64,000 nt of DNA from an uncultured Bacilli bacterium. GTDB taxonomy: Bacteria; Bacillota_I; Bacilli_A; RFN20; CAG-288. The DNA lies in the NCBI GenBank assembly GCA_963544395.1, contig CAUUFA010000008.1:12243-76242 (forward strand), in the 5' to 3' direction. Below the pieces are notes generated by a model. That model was given only the letters and a program-made list of their open reading frames with translations. It was not told the origin of the DNA and did not search any database. Each line of letters opens with the position of its first letter. The first letter of the stretch is position 1. The position numbers and the translations under genes are program-made. Of this stretch, positions 1 to 8,148 are shown piece after piece.

Positions 1-47
1 TCTTCCTTGACCATCAAGACGGTTCCCTGTAATTTGTGTTCAGACAT
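1..47 (-). CDS. 5' end of an unidentified gene running off the left edge (MSEHKLQGTVLMVKE...)
   Basis: ATG at 47..45 on the minus strand with AGGAGA 8 nt upstream. A sigma-A-like TTGAAA-17-TATAAT lies at 119..91 (minus). Only 15 codons are visible, so no product call. Confidence 0.3.
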   Translation of the reverse strand, partial: MSEHKLQGTVLMVKE

Positions 48-309
48 ATCTCATATCTCCTGTTCTGTCATCGCTTGTGATGACACCTTCATTATAATGT
101 TTTTTTGGTTCGATTTCAAACGTTGGGAACCGTTTTCTAGGACCGTCTAGGCAGAAGATTCTGAAAGCCGTTGTTTCTCCTTGACATCAGATCCTGCGAT
201 TTAGGCGAAATCCAGCCGGTTTTCTTCCGGTTCTATAATTCCTTTCAGGTTGTTCTGAAATACTGACCCCTCGGGTGTTATAATTTTGAGTACTGGAGCT
301 CATCACATC

Positions 310-897
310 ATGTATCAAGAATTGCAAAAAGGATGGTTGGAAGTCATCTGCGGTCCGATGTTCGCCGGAAAATCGGAGGAGCTGATCCGCAGGATCAAGA
401 CGCTCAGCTATGCCCATCAGAAGATCGTTGCCTTCAAGCCGGCGATCGATAACCGTTATGACAAAACAGCAATCGCCTCTCACGATGGCGAGAAATACCA
501 GGCTTATGCCATCCGCAAGGCAGAGGATATCCTCTCTTTCATCACCGACGATGTGAAGATCGTCGCCATCGACGAAGTTCAGTTCTTCGGCAAGGAGATC
601 GTTCCGATCTGCGAGCACCTCGCAGAAAGCGGCATCCGTGTCATCGTCGCCGGTCTGGATACGGATTTCCGCGGTGAACCTTTCGGACCGATGCCGGATC
701 TTCTGGCCAGAGCGGAGTTTGTCAGCAAGCTCAGCGCTGTCTGCACCATCTGTGGCTGTGCGGCGACAAGGACGCAGCGTCTCGTCGATGGAGCTCCTGC
801 CAACTATGATGATCCGATCATCTTAGTCGGAGCCAAGGAATCCTACGAGGCCCGCTGCCGCAAGCACCATATCGTTCCCAGAAAGTCAGAGCGATAA
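310..897 (+). CDS. tdk: thymidine kinase
   Basis: Track ORF 286..897. P-loop [11 protein letters not shown] and C-terminal Zn-ribbon cysteines (CTICGC...ARCRKHH). Start placed at ATG 310 (GGAG about 12 nt upstream) rather than TTG 286. Extended -10 TGtTATAAT at 276..284. Confidence 0.93.
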   Translation: MYQELQKGWLEVICGPMFAGKSEELIRRIKTLSYAHQKIVAFKPAIDNRYDKTAIASHDGEKYQAYAIRKAEDILSFITDDVKIVAIDEVQFFGKEIVPICEHLAESGIRVIVAGLDTDFRGEPFGPMPDLLARAEFVSKLSAVCTICGCAATRTQRLVDGAPANYDDPIILVGAKESYEARCRKHHIVPRKSER

Positions 898-914
898 ACG
901 ATCAGGAGTCAAAC

Positions 915-3665
915 ATGGGACTATTCAAACGCAAACCGAAAGAGACGGTGGAGGAGACGAAAGCCGAAGAGGCAGAAGTCAAGACCACCAAGATCAAAAA
1001 GAAGGAGACGACAGGAAATCTCTTCAGTTCCACGTCTGTCTTTTTCCGTGGGGAGGAGCCGGAAGCAGCTGCTCCTCAGCCTACCTTAGAGACAAAGAAG
1101 CTTCCGCCCGATCTAGAGCGGTTCAACCCGGAATCATATCAGGGGCTTACTAACGAACAGGTCGAGTTAAGAAAAACACAAGGTTATGTCAATCATTCCG
1201 ATAAGAACGGGATGAAATCGATCGGCAAGATCTTACGGGATAACATCGTCACGTACTTCAATATGATTTTGTTGGCGATCGCTGTCGTTCTCATCGTCTT
1301 CCGGCAGTACACGCAAGTCACGTTCTTAGTCATCGCCATCATCAACACAGTCATCGGTATCTGCCAGGAGATCAAGGCAAGAAACACGCTCAGCAAGCTC
1401 AAGCTTGTCACCACCTCTAACGTCGAGGTGGTCCGCGAAGGAAAAAAGAGTGTCATCGCAACAAGCCTACTGGTGCTCGATGATGTCTATCTGCTGAAGA
1501 ACGGGGATCAGATCCCGACAGACTCCATCATCTTAGATGGCAAGATCGAAGTCAATGAGTCGTTGCTGACAGGTGAATCCAAAGCCATCAAGAAGAGCAT
1601 CGGCGATAAGATCTACGCCGGCTCGTTCATCGTCTCCGGTTCGGCGACCGTGAAAGCGGACCTCGTCGGAGAATACAACTATGTCGCTGGCATTCAGGCG
1701 AAAGCCAAGGTACTCAATAAGCCAAAGTCGGAGTTGGTCCGCTCTCTGAACACCATCATCAAAGTCATCGGTATCACCATCATTCCCTTAGGCGCTTTGA
1801 TGTTCTGGAGCCAGTGGATGACCAACTGGACACCATCGGCTGATCTCTATGAAACGGCGATCACGACCATCAAGTCCACCGCCGCCTCTATGATCGGCAT
1901 GATTCCTTCCGGCATGTACCTTCTGACATCTGTCGCTTTGGCCTCTTCGGTTGTCTCTCTTTCAAAGAAGAACGCCATGGTTCAGGATCTTTATTCGGTC
2001 GAGATGCTGGCGAGAGTCAACACGCTGTGTCTGGATAAGACCGGAACATTGACGGATGGAACGATGCGGATCGATGAGGTGCTGGTCATCAATTCTGCTT
2101 ACGATATGTATAAGCTGATGGGTTCTTATCTCAACGCTTTCCCGGAATCGAACCAGACTTCGGTCGCTCTCACCCAGCGCTATCCCTTGAGGAAAGACTT
2201 CGTCGTCATCAACAGGATTCCATTTAGCTCGGCGAGAAAATTCTCTGCGGTTCAGTTCAACGATTTAGGAACCTTCCTGCTCGGAGCTCCGGAATATCTC
2301 TATAAGACGAAGGATAAGACCATCAACAACTATATTGCAGACAAGCAGGCTGCCGGTTACCGGGTGGTCATGATCTGCAAGAATGACAATCCCATCATCG
2401 ATGGGGAAGTCAAAGGCAAGAACACGCCGATCGCTCTCTTCACCTTGGAGGACCATGTCCGCAATGAAGCTCCGGACACCATCCGCTGGTTTGTCGAGAA
2501 CGGTGTCGATATCAAGATCATCTCCGGCGATAACCCGCTCACGGCTTCGGAGATTGCCAAGAAATGCGGCGTTCCGAATGCGGAGAAGTGTGTCTCCTTA
2601 GAGGGCTTAAGTGAGAATCAGGTCATGGATATCGTAGATGACTACGCTGTGTTCGGCCGCGTCTCACCGGAGCAGAAAGCCTGCATCATCAAGACGCTCA
2701 AGCAGAAAGGGAAAGCGGTCGGAATGACAGGAGATGGTGTCAACGACATCTTAGCCATGAAGAATGCAGACTGCTCTGTCGCCATGGCAAACGGTGCCTC
2801 CGCAGCGAGAAACGCAGCGAACCTCGTCCTTCTGGATTCAAACTTTGCTTCGATGCCTGCCGCGGTTCAGGAAGGCAGGAGAGTCATCAACAACGTTCAG
2901 CGCTCTTCCTCGCTCTACCTGATGAAGACGATCTTCACCGCAGTGTTCACGCTCATCGTTCTCATCACGACGCTCGGACATCCGATCCCATATCCGTTTG
3001 AACCGAACAACCTGTTAGTGACAGAGATGATCTGCATCGGCTGGGTTTCGATCTTCCTGGCGCTGCAGAAGAACAGCGATCTCATCTCCGGCTCCTTCAT
3101 GCGCAACACGTTCGCTAAGGCCATCCCTGCCGGCATCTGTCTGATCTTAGCAGTGGGTCTAAACTACATCCTGTTCTATATTCCCGGAAACTTCTTTGAG
3201 TTCGATCCTTCTTTCGTCGACGGAACCGCCAAGACGCTCTCCAGCTCTGGCATCACCTTCAATGCGCTGACGATGGCGGTGGTCTCTTTGGGTATGGCGT
3301 TCTCGCTTGTCACCCCGATGAGTCCGCTCTCTGTCCCAGAGAACCGATTCCGTTTCATCATGTTCAATCTGACGATCCTCTTCTTCTGCATCATGGTCTT
3401 CATCTTCCCCTTCCTTCCTCCGCTCACCTCCGGCCCTCGGTCGCTCTCCGAGCAGTTCATCGGCATCGATTTCCGCACGATGACAAAACCGATGTGGTTC
3501 ATGCTGATCATCTACCTCTTCGGATTCTATGCACTTCTGAAAGCTCTGACAAATGCTTTTGCCTTCATGAAGCGGATTCCGCCCAAGCCTCCGGTTATCA
3601 TCCCTGCCTCTGAACCTGTGGAAAAACCACTGGAAACAGAAGAGGAAAAACCGGAAGAAATGTAA
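915..3665 (+). CDS. cation-translocating P-type ATPase with charged N- and C-terminal extensions
   Basis: TGES actuator motif (LTGESKAI), phosphorylation site CLDKTGTLT, hinge MTGDGVNDILAM, and multiple TM segments on both sides of the P/N domains. About 70 aa of K/E-rich N-terminus and a P/E-rich C-terminal tail. Confidence 0.9.
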   Translation: MGLFKRKPKETVEETKAEEAEVKTTKIKKKETTGNLFSSTSVFFRGEEPEAAAPQPTLETKKLPPDLERFNPESYQGLTNEQVELRKTQGYVNHSDKNGMKSIGKILRDNIVTYFNMILLAIAVVLIVFRQYTQVTFLVIAIINTVIGICQEIKARNTLSKLKLVTTSNVEVVREGKKSVIATSLLVLDDVYLLKNGDQIPTDSIILDGKIEVNESLLTGESKAIKKSIGDKIYAGSFIVSGSATVKADLVGEYNYVAGIQAKAKVLNKPKSELVRSLNTIIKVIGITIIPLGALMFWSQWMTNWTPSADLYETAITTIKSTAASMIGMIPSGMYLLTSVALASSVVSLSKKNAMVQDLYSVEMLARVNTLCLDKTGTLTDGTMRIDEVLVINSAYDMYKLMGSYLNAFPESNQTSVALTQRYPLRKDFVVINRIPFSSARKFSAVQFNDLGTFLLGAPEYLYKTKDKTINNYIADKQAAGYRVVMICKNDNPIIDGEVKGKNTPIALFTLEDHVRNEAPDTIRWFVENGVDIKIISGDNPLTASEIAKKCGVPNAEKCVSLEGLSENQVMDIVDDYAVFGRVSPEQKACIIKTLKQKGKAVGMTGDGVNDILAMKNADCSVAMANGASAARNAANLVLLDSNFASMPAAVQEGRRVINNVQRSSSLYLMKTIFTAVFTLIVLITTLGHPIPYPFEPNNLLVTEMICIGWVSIFLALQKNSDLISGSFMRNTFAKAIPAGICLILAVGLNYILFYIPGNFFEFDPSFVDGTAKTLSSSGITFNALTMAVVSLGMAFSLVTPMSPLSVPENRFRFIMFNLTILFFCIMVFIFPFLPPLTSGPRSLSEQFIGIDFRTMTKPMWFMLIIYLFGFYALLKALTNAFAFMKRIPPKPPVIIPASEPVEKPLETEEEKPEEM

Positions 3666-3673
3666 AATAGCTG

Positions 3674-3702
3674 TTGCATATTATGGTCCATAGCCGTATA
3701 AT
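3674..3702 (+). promoter_or_regulatory. sigma-A-type promoter for tRNA-Lys
   Basis: TTGCAT (3674..3679), a 17-nt spacer, then TATAAT (3697..3702), about 20 nt upstream of the tRNA 5' end. Confidence 0.6.
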
Positions 3703-3721
3703 TAACGAGCGCTCAAGTTAT

Positions 3722-3797
3722 GGATCATTAGCTCAGTTGGTAGAGCAACTGACTCTTAATCAGTGGGCCTAGGGTTCAAGTCCCTAATGATCCACCA
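3722..3797 (+). tRNA. tRNA-Lys (anticodon CTT), CCA encoded
   Basis: Hand-folded cloverleaf. Acceptor GGATCAT/ATGATCC, D-arm GCTC-AGTTGGTA-GAGC, anticodon stem ACTGA/TCAGT with loop CT-CTT-AA, T-arm TAGGG-TTCAAGT-CCCTA, then A-CCA. Confidence 0.93.
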
Positions 3798-3809
3798 TCT
3801 AGCACTTAT

Positions 3810-3851
3810 GGATTGATATGCGGGTCACCTCCCGGTATCAATCCTTTTTTT
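3810..3851 (+). terminator. rho-independent terminator after tRNA-Lys
   Basis: Stem GGATTGATA (3810..3818) pairs with TATCAATCC (3836..3844), with inner CGGG/CCCG pairs, followed by T7. Confidence 0.85.
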
Positions 3852-3923
3852 GTTTCTCCAGGGATGGTAAAACCCGAAGAATCGATAACGAAATCTGGTA
3901 GTTTGAAGCCTATTCTGTTTTCT

Positions 3924-3960
3924 CTATTAAGAATAAATGCGTAAATACGCAGATATTATT
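3924..3960. repeat. 37-bp repeat copy 1 (imperfect palindrome), upstream of the -35 of the AAA+ gene promoter
   Basis: ctattaagaataaatgcgtaaatacgcagatattatt. It matches copy 2 at 34 of 37 positions. Confidence 0.9.
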
Positions 3961-3970
3961 ATTTAAATAA

Positions 3971-3999
3971 TTGATAGCATCCATCCTATATGATACAAT
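3971..3999 (+). promoter_or_regulatory. promoter of the AAA+/DUF4143-like gene
   Basis: TTGATA (3971..3976), a 17-nt spacer, then TGaTACAAT (extended -10, 3991..3999). Confidence 0.65.
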
Positions 4000-4000
4000 A

Positions 4001-4037
4001 CTATTAAGAATAATTGCGTAAATACGCAATTATTATT
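4001..4037. repeat. 37-bp repeat copy 2 containing a perfect 12-bp-arm palindrome (operator-like), between the predicted TSS and the SD
   Basis: ctattaagaataattgcgtaaatacgcaattattatt. AATAATTGCGTA (4009..4020), then aa, then TACGCAATTATT (4023..4034) form exact reverse complements. GGAGG SD follows at 4039..4043. Confidence 0.9.
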
Positions 4038-4051
4038 CGGAGGAGAATTTT

Positions 4052-5347
4052 ATGATTAGAAGGGATAGCTATCTGAATCAGCTGATCAGGAAACAAAACA
4101 ATGGTCTCGTCAAAGTCATAACAGGAATCCGAAGATGCGGAAAGTCCTATTTGTTGTTCCATATTTTCCATGATTATCTACTGAGTACCGGCGTTGAGGA
4201 AAACCACATTATCTCTATCGCATTGGATGATGCGAGTCATCAGCAATACTGGAATCCCAACGAATTAGATAAGCACATTCGGAGCAGAATCATTCCTGAC
4301 GGAAAAACAAACTATATCTTTATCGATGAAATTCAGTTTGTGAAAGAGGTTGCTAATCCTTATTTAGAAGGAAGCAAAGTCGGTTTTACTTCGGTGGTTC
4401 TTGGGCTGATGAAAATTGATGATGTCGATGTTTATATCACCGGAAGCAATTCGGAAATGCTTTCCAAGAACATCCAGACGAGCTTCCGGGGAAAATGCGA
4501 TCAGATCAATGTCAGACCGCTATCCTACAAGGAGTTTTATGACGCTTATCCAGGAGATAAAACAAGAGCGTTGGATGAATATATCACGTATGGTGGGATG
4601 CCTTTTATTTTATCCATTGAGAACTATACGGATAAATCCGAATATCTGAAAAATCTGTTTCTAGAGATCTATATCAAAGACATCCTGGAAAACCAAGACA
4701 TCAGAAAGGATGAGAGTGTGATCAACGATCTGCTGAATATCATCTCTTCTTCGATCGGATCGTTGACCAATCCATTGAAGTTGTCCAACACGTTCAAAAC
4801 ATTGAAAAAAGTAACGATAAATCCTCACACCATTGAATCGTACCTGGACTATTTCACAGACTCTTTCCTGATTGACCGAGCAAAACGATACGATATCAAA
4901 GGAAAGAGCTATATTGAATCTCCTTTAAAGTATTACTTTTCGGATCTTGGATTAAGAAATGCGAGGCTCAATTTCAGAGAAATGGAGAAGACTCATATCA
5001 TGGAGAACGTCATCTATAATGAGCTAAGATATCGAGGATTCAGTGTCGATGTTGGGGTGGTTGAATTCAATTACAAGGATAGTGAGGGAAAAAGTAAAAG
5101 GAAGCAGCTTGAAATTGATTTTGTCTGCAATCAAGGAAACGACAGAATCTATATACAATCCGCCTATGCTCTTCCGACATCCGAAAAAATAGAACAAGAG
5201 ACAAGAGGGCTGATCAGAACAAAGGACTCCTTCCGAAAAATCGTGGTTGTCAAAGATAGTATTGTTCCCCGCAAAGATGAAAACGGCATTCAGTTTGTCG
5301 GGGTTGAAGAATTTTTACTGAACGATAGATACACAGCAAATAACTGA
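4052..5347 (+). CDS. AAA+ ATPase of the DUF4143-containing (COG1373-like) type
   Basis: Walker A GIRRCGKSYLL and Walker B YIFIDEIQ. Length and C-terminal region are typical of the AAA_14/DUF4143 architecture as I remember it. Strong GGAGG SD. Confidence 0.75.
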   Translation: MIRRDSYLNQLIRKQNNGLVKVITGIRRCGKSYLLFHIFHDYLLSTGVEENHIISIALDDASHQQYWNPNELDKHIRSRIIPDGKTNYIFIDEIQFVKEVANPYLEGSKVGFTSVVLGLMKIDDVDVYITGSNSEMLSKNIQTSFRGKCDQINVRPLSYKEFYDAYPGDKTRALDEYITYGGMPFILSIENYTDKSEYLKNLFLEIYIKDILENQDIRKDESVINDLLNIISSSIGSLTNPLKLSNTFKTLKKVTINPHTIESYLDYFTDSFLIDRAKRYDIKGKSYIESPLKYYFSDLGLRNARLNFREMEKTHIMENVIYNELRYRGFSVDVGVVEFNYKDSEGKSKRKQLEIDFVCNQGNDRIYIQSAYALPTSEKIEQETRGLIRTKDSFRKIVVVKDSIVPRKDENGIQFVGVEEFLLNDRYTANN

Positions 5348-5492
5348 ATTCGAAACAAGGAGATTCAGGAATCTCTATTAAGCCGGTGCCAGAAATCAGC
5401 AACGGGCAGGCGCATAAGGCTTGTTCCGTTACGGCATCATAAAGATTCCTTCATCCCGTCAGCTTTCATAGGTGAGTCCCACTGAAACATCA

Positions 5493-5540
5493 AATTAGCG
5501 TTCGCAAAAGCACAAATTTGAGATGATGCGAACGCTAATT
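5493..5540. repeat. 14-bp perfect inverted repeat with a 20-nt spacer in an ORF-free region
   Basis: AATTAGCGTTCGCA (5493..5506) and TGCGAACGCTAATT (5527..5540). No T-run follows on either strand. Confidence 0.8.
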
Positions 5541-5691
5541 CGATATATTGTCTATCATGTCAATCATCTCAAGCGTCAGCGAACAATTCAGGAACAGACT
5601 CCGAGCTATCAGTAAAACGAAAATTCACTGAGCGCAAACAACAACAAATTCAGCAAATATCTGTGTTTAAAGCAACAGATTGTTTTAATCG

Positions 5692-6270
5692 TTATTTCTT
5701 CAGAGCAAAGCCGATGGCGACGCAGATGCCGACAAAGAGAAGCAGAGCGGCTATAGAGACGAGAGCCACCGTCTTTCCATTCCAATGCTGTGCTCGGTTC
5801 CGAAGTCCTTCTGCTGAGAGGATATTGGTGTTCTCTTTCTGTTCTGAGGCGGGTGCGGTCTCGTTGCGGCTCAGGCTGCTTTTGGTGATATCAACCGGTG
5901 TCATCAGTTTGGCAAGGCCGCTAGGTTCGTTGTACTTGACAATCCCACTGTGACTCCAGCCTTTTTCAAATCCCGAAGGAGCTTTTAACTGATCCACCAT
6001 GAAAACAACGACGTGTCTGATCTCAGCAAAGGAATCGGCTTTGACAACCTTGCAGGTGCAGGGAATATCGATCTGCCTAACAACAGCGTCGCCATCCAAA
6101 AAATGGGGTCCGACTTCCGACACAGGATAGGGCATATCATCAAGCATAGCAAACTCAGGGATGCGGACCCTTGTAAGATCGGAAGAGGCGTGGATAGCGA
6201 TGGCTTTGTGAGGCAGTTCCTCGGGGTCGCTGATTTGGAAGGTGATTCCATCTTTTTCGGTTTCTGTCAT
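5692..6270 (-). CDS. hypothetical tail-anchored membrane protein (possible BspA-type LRR-like N-domain)
   Basis: Track ORF 5692..6294. Single C-terminal TM (VALVSIAALLLFVGICVAIGFAL). Start placed at ATG 6270 (AAGGTAAGGA upstream) because ATG 6294 lies only 2 nt after TGcTATAAT. The repeat-like pattern IP..x..I....F is only suggestive. Confidence 0.55.
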   Translation of the reverse strand: MTETEKDGITFQISDPEELPHKAIAIHASSDLTRVRIPEFAMLDDMPYPVSEVGPHFLDGDAVVRQIDIPCTCKVVKADSFAEIRHVVVFMVDQLKAPSGFEKGWSHSGIVKYNEPSGLAKLMTPVDITKSSLSRNETAPASEQKENTNILSAEGLRNRAQHWNGKTVALVSIAALLLFVGICVAIGFALKK

Positions 6271-6318
6271 GATCGGTTGTTCCTTACCTTTCATTTATTA
6301 TAGCAAATTTTGCAAAGC

Positions 6319-6346
6319 AAAAGCCTCCCGGATTGGAGAGGCTTTT
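6319..6346 (-). terminator. terminator after the sugar ABC permease gene
   Basis: AAAAGCCTC pairs with GAGGCTTTT around a 10-nt loop. On the minus strand it is followed by TTTTGCTTTG. Confidence 0.75.
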
Positions 6347-6364
6347 AACAGAGATATCGTCGAT

Positions 6365-8134
6365 TTACTTCTTCTTGATGTACTTCAGGGAGTCGAGGGC
6401 AACGGCAGCCATCAGGATGACGCCTTTGACAACGAACTGCCAATAGGAGGAGACGCCGAGCAAGGTGAGGACATAAGTGAGACCGGCGAAGATGCAGCAT
6501 CCTATCACGGCTCCTTTGACTTTACCGATACCGCCAAAGAAGGAGATGCCGCCGACGACGCAGGCTGCGATAGCATCGAGCTCATAGCCGTAACCGGTGT
6601 TGGTTGCCGGGTTGGAGTTGAAGGCAAAGAAGAAGGTTCCAAAACCATAGAGGATACCAGCCATAATGAAGACGCCCAGCGTGACCTTGAAATAGGAGAT
6701 ACCAGAAACGGCGGCCGCTTCAGCATTTCCACCGACCGCGAACATGTTCTTACCGAATTTTGTCTTGTTCCAGATGAACCAGACCACGGCGATTGCAATC
6801 ACAGCGTAGATGATGTATTTTGGGAAGCCCTCCGAACCACCGATCCGCCCTAAGATTGCAGTATCGATGTTATTGTAGTTCGGTGTGCCAGTCGGAACGC
6901 CGGAGGTAGCGACGAATCCGAGGCCGTAGACGATCATCATCGTAGAGAGAGTGGTGATGAACGGATGCATTTTGAACTTAGCGGAGAAGAAGCCGGCAAT
7001 GGAGGTGAAAAGCGTCGTTGCGACAATCGCTAATAGCAAGGCAAGAATAACTCTGCTGCCGAAGGGGACTCCGTTGAGGTTGATGGAATGACCAAACAGT
7101 TTGGCAGGAACGATGCCATCGTGCAGGATGAAGCCGACAACGACCGTGCCTAAGCCGATCAGACGACCTATGGAGAGGTCGGTTCCGCCGAGGACGATCA
7201 GACCCGCGACGCCGAGAGCGAAGAACATACGGGAGGAAGTGATTTCTAGGAAGCCGGAGATGTTGGACCAGGTGAGGATATTTCCGTTTCCAATGATCGG
7301 AGAGATGATGAAGCAGGCGATGAAAAAGAGACTGACAATCATATAAAGTGCATTGTTGAGTAAGAAGGTCTTAGTATTGAAAGTGTAAACGTAGTTCTGC
7401 TGACGATGTTCCATATCATCGAAGAAGCTCATATGACCTTCTTTTGCGATGCTGATTTTGTCATAGCGGGAGGTATAGGCTTCAAAGATCATCTGTCTCT
7501 TTTTGGCGATGACGGCATTATGACGGTTGCTCTCATCACGGACCTGAGAGTTGTAGGAGATGGTGATTGAATCAAGCTCATCTTTACACTCTTTTTTCAG
7601 ATTGGCCAGATCTTTCTTGTACTGCGCTTTGAGGATGGGATCAGCATCGATCTCGGGGGTGCGCTTCTCCTGCTCGAACTTGGCGATGCGACCTTCGTTC
7701 TCGGTTTTTTTCGCAGCGTAGTTCTCGCGGTAAACGCGACGGAGATCTGTAAGTTTCTGGGTATGAACAGGTTTATCCTGTTCAACCAGATCTTTGCCTT
7801 TTTCTCTCTGCTCTTTTTCAAAAGGTTCCGAGGTCTTCTTGATGTAAGCGACAGCCTCTCTAATGGTGGACCGGATTTCGGCAGAATGCTCTTTCTGATC
7901 AGCTTTGGCCTTGACCAGCTCTCCCTGGTCTCTGGTGATGACTTTGTTTCGGGAGACTTCGTCGATCATCTTCTGACGCTTCATATCGTAGATTTCTTCC
8001 TTCAAAGCAGCGATTCTCGTCGAACCGTGCTTGCGAAGCTCTGCCAGTTTATTCAGATATTCTTTGACTTTTTCATCGGATTCTAGCGGAGATACAAGCT
8101 CTCCCTGAACCGTTTTCTTCATTATATCACTCAT
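6365..8134 (-). CDS. sugar ABC transporter permease (MglC/RbsC-type) with a roughly 255-aa N-terminal coiled-coil/charged domain
   Basis: The C-terminal ~330 aa are a polytopic RbsC/MglC-like permease (GGTDLSIGRLIGLG..., ...GGISFFGGIGKVKGAV...). The N-terminal ~255 aa are K/E/R-rich and non-membrane. GGGGG SD lies directly after the ATPase stop, so the extension is translated. Confidence 0.85.
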   Translation of the reverse strand: MSDIMKKTVQGELVSPLESDEKVKEYLNKLAELRKHGSTRIAALKEEIYDMKRQKMIDEVSRNKVITRDQGELVKAKADQKEHSAEIRSTIREAVAYIKKTSEPFEKEQREKGKDLVEQDKPVHTQKLTDLRRVYRENYAAKKTENEGRIAKFEQEKRTPEIDADPILKAQYKKDLANLKKECKDELDSITISYNSQVRDESNRHNAVIAKKRQMIFEAYTSRYDKISIAKEGHMSFFDDMEHRQQNYVYTFNTKTFLLNNALYMIVSLFFIACFIISPIIGNGNILTWSNISGFLEITSSRMFFALGVAGLIVLGGTDLSIGRLIGLGTVVVGFILHDGIVPAKLFGHSINLNGVPFGSRVILALLLAIVATTLFTSIAGFFSAKFKMHPFITTLSTMMIVYGLGFVATSGVPTGTPNYNNIDTAILGRIGGSEGFPKYIIYAVIAIAVVWFIWNKTKFGKNMFAVGGNAEAAAVSGISYFKVTLGVFIMAGILYGFGTFFFAFNSNPATNTGYGYELDAIAACVVGGISFFGGIGKVKGAVIGCCIFAGLTYVLTLLGVSSYWQFVVKGVILMAAVALDSLKYIKKK

Positions 8135-8148
8135 GGTGTACCCCCTTT

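Noticed and set aside
3798-5691. tRNA-adjacent island that might be an integrative mobile element.
   Set aside because: No integrase, recombinase, transposase or excisionase ORF is present, and no copy of the tRNA 3' end is repeated downstream. Only an 11-bp direct repeat supports mobility, so I report it as a cassette-like oddity and not as a mobile element.
6242-6853. 203-aa plus-strand ORF over the 3' end of the ABC permease gene. Similar long antisense ORFs occur at 12846..13304, 16295..16777, 35383..35904, 36001..36645, 41 kb (40741..41352) and 46158..46847.
   Set aside because: All lie opposite genes with unambiguous motif-bearing products and translate to acidic or glycine-rich low-complexity sequence. 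They are typical antisense artefacts in this composition.
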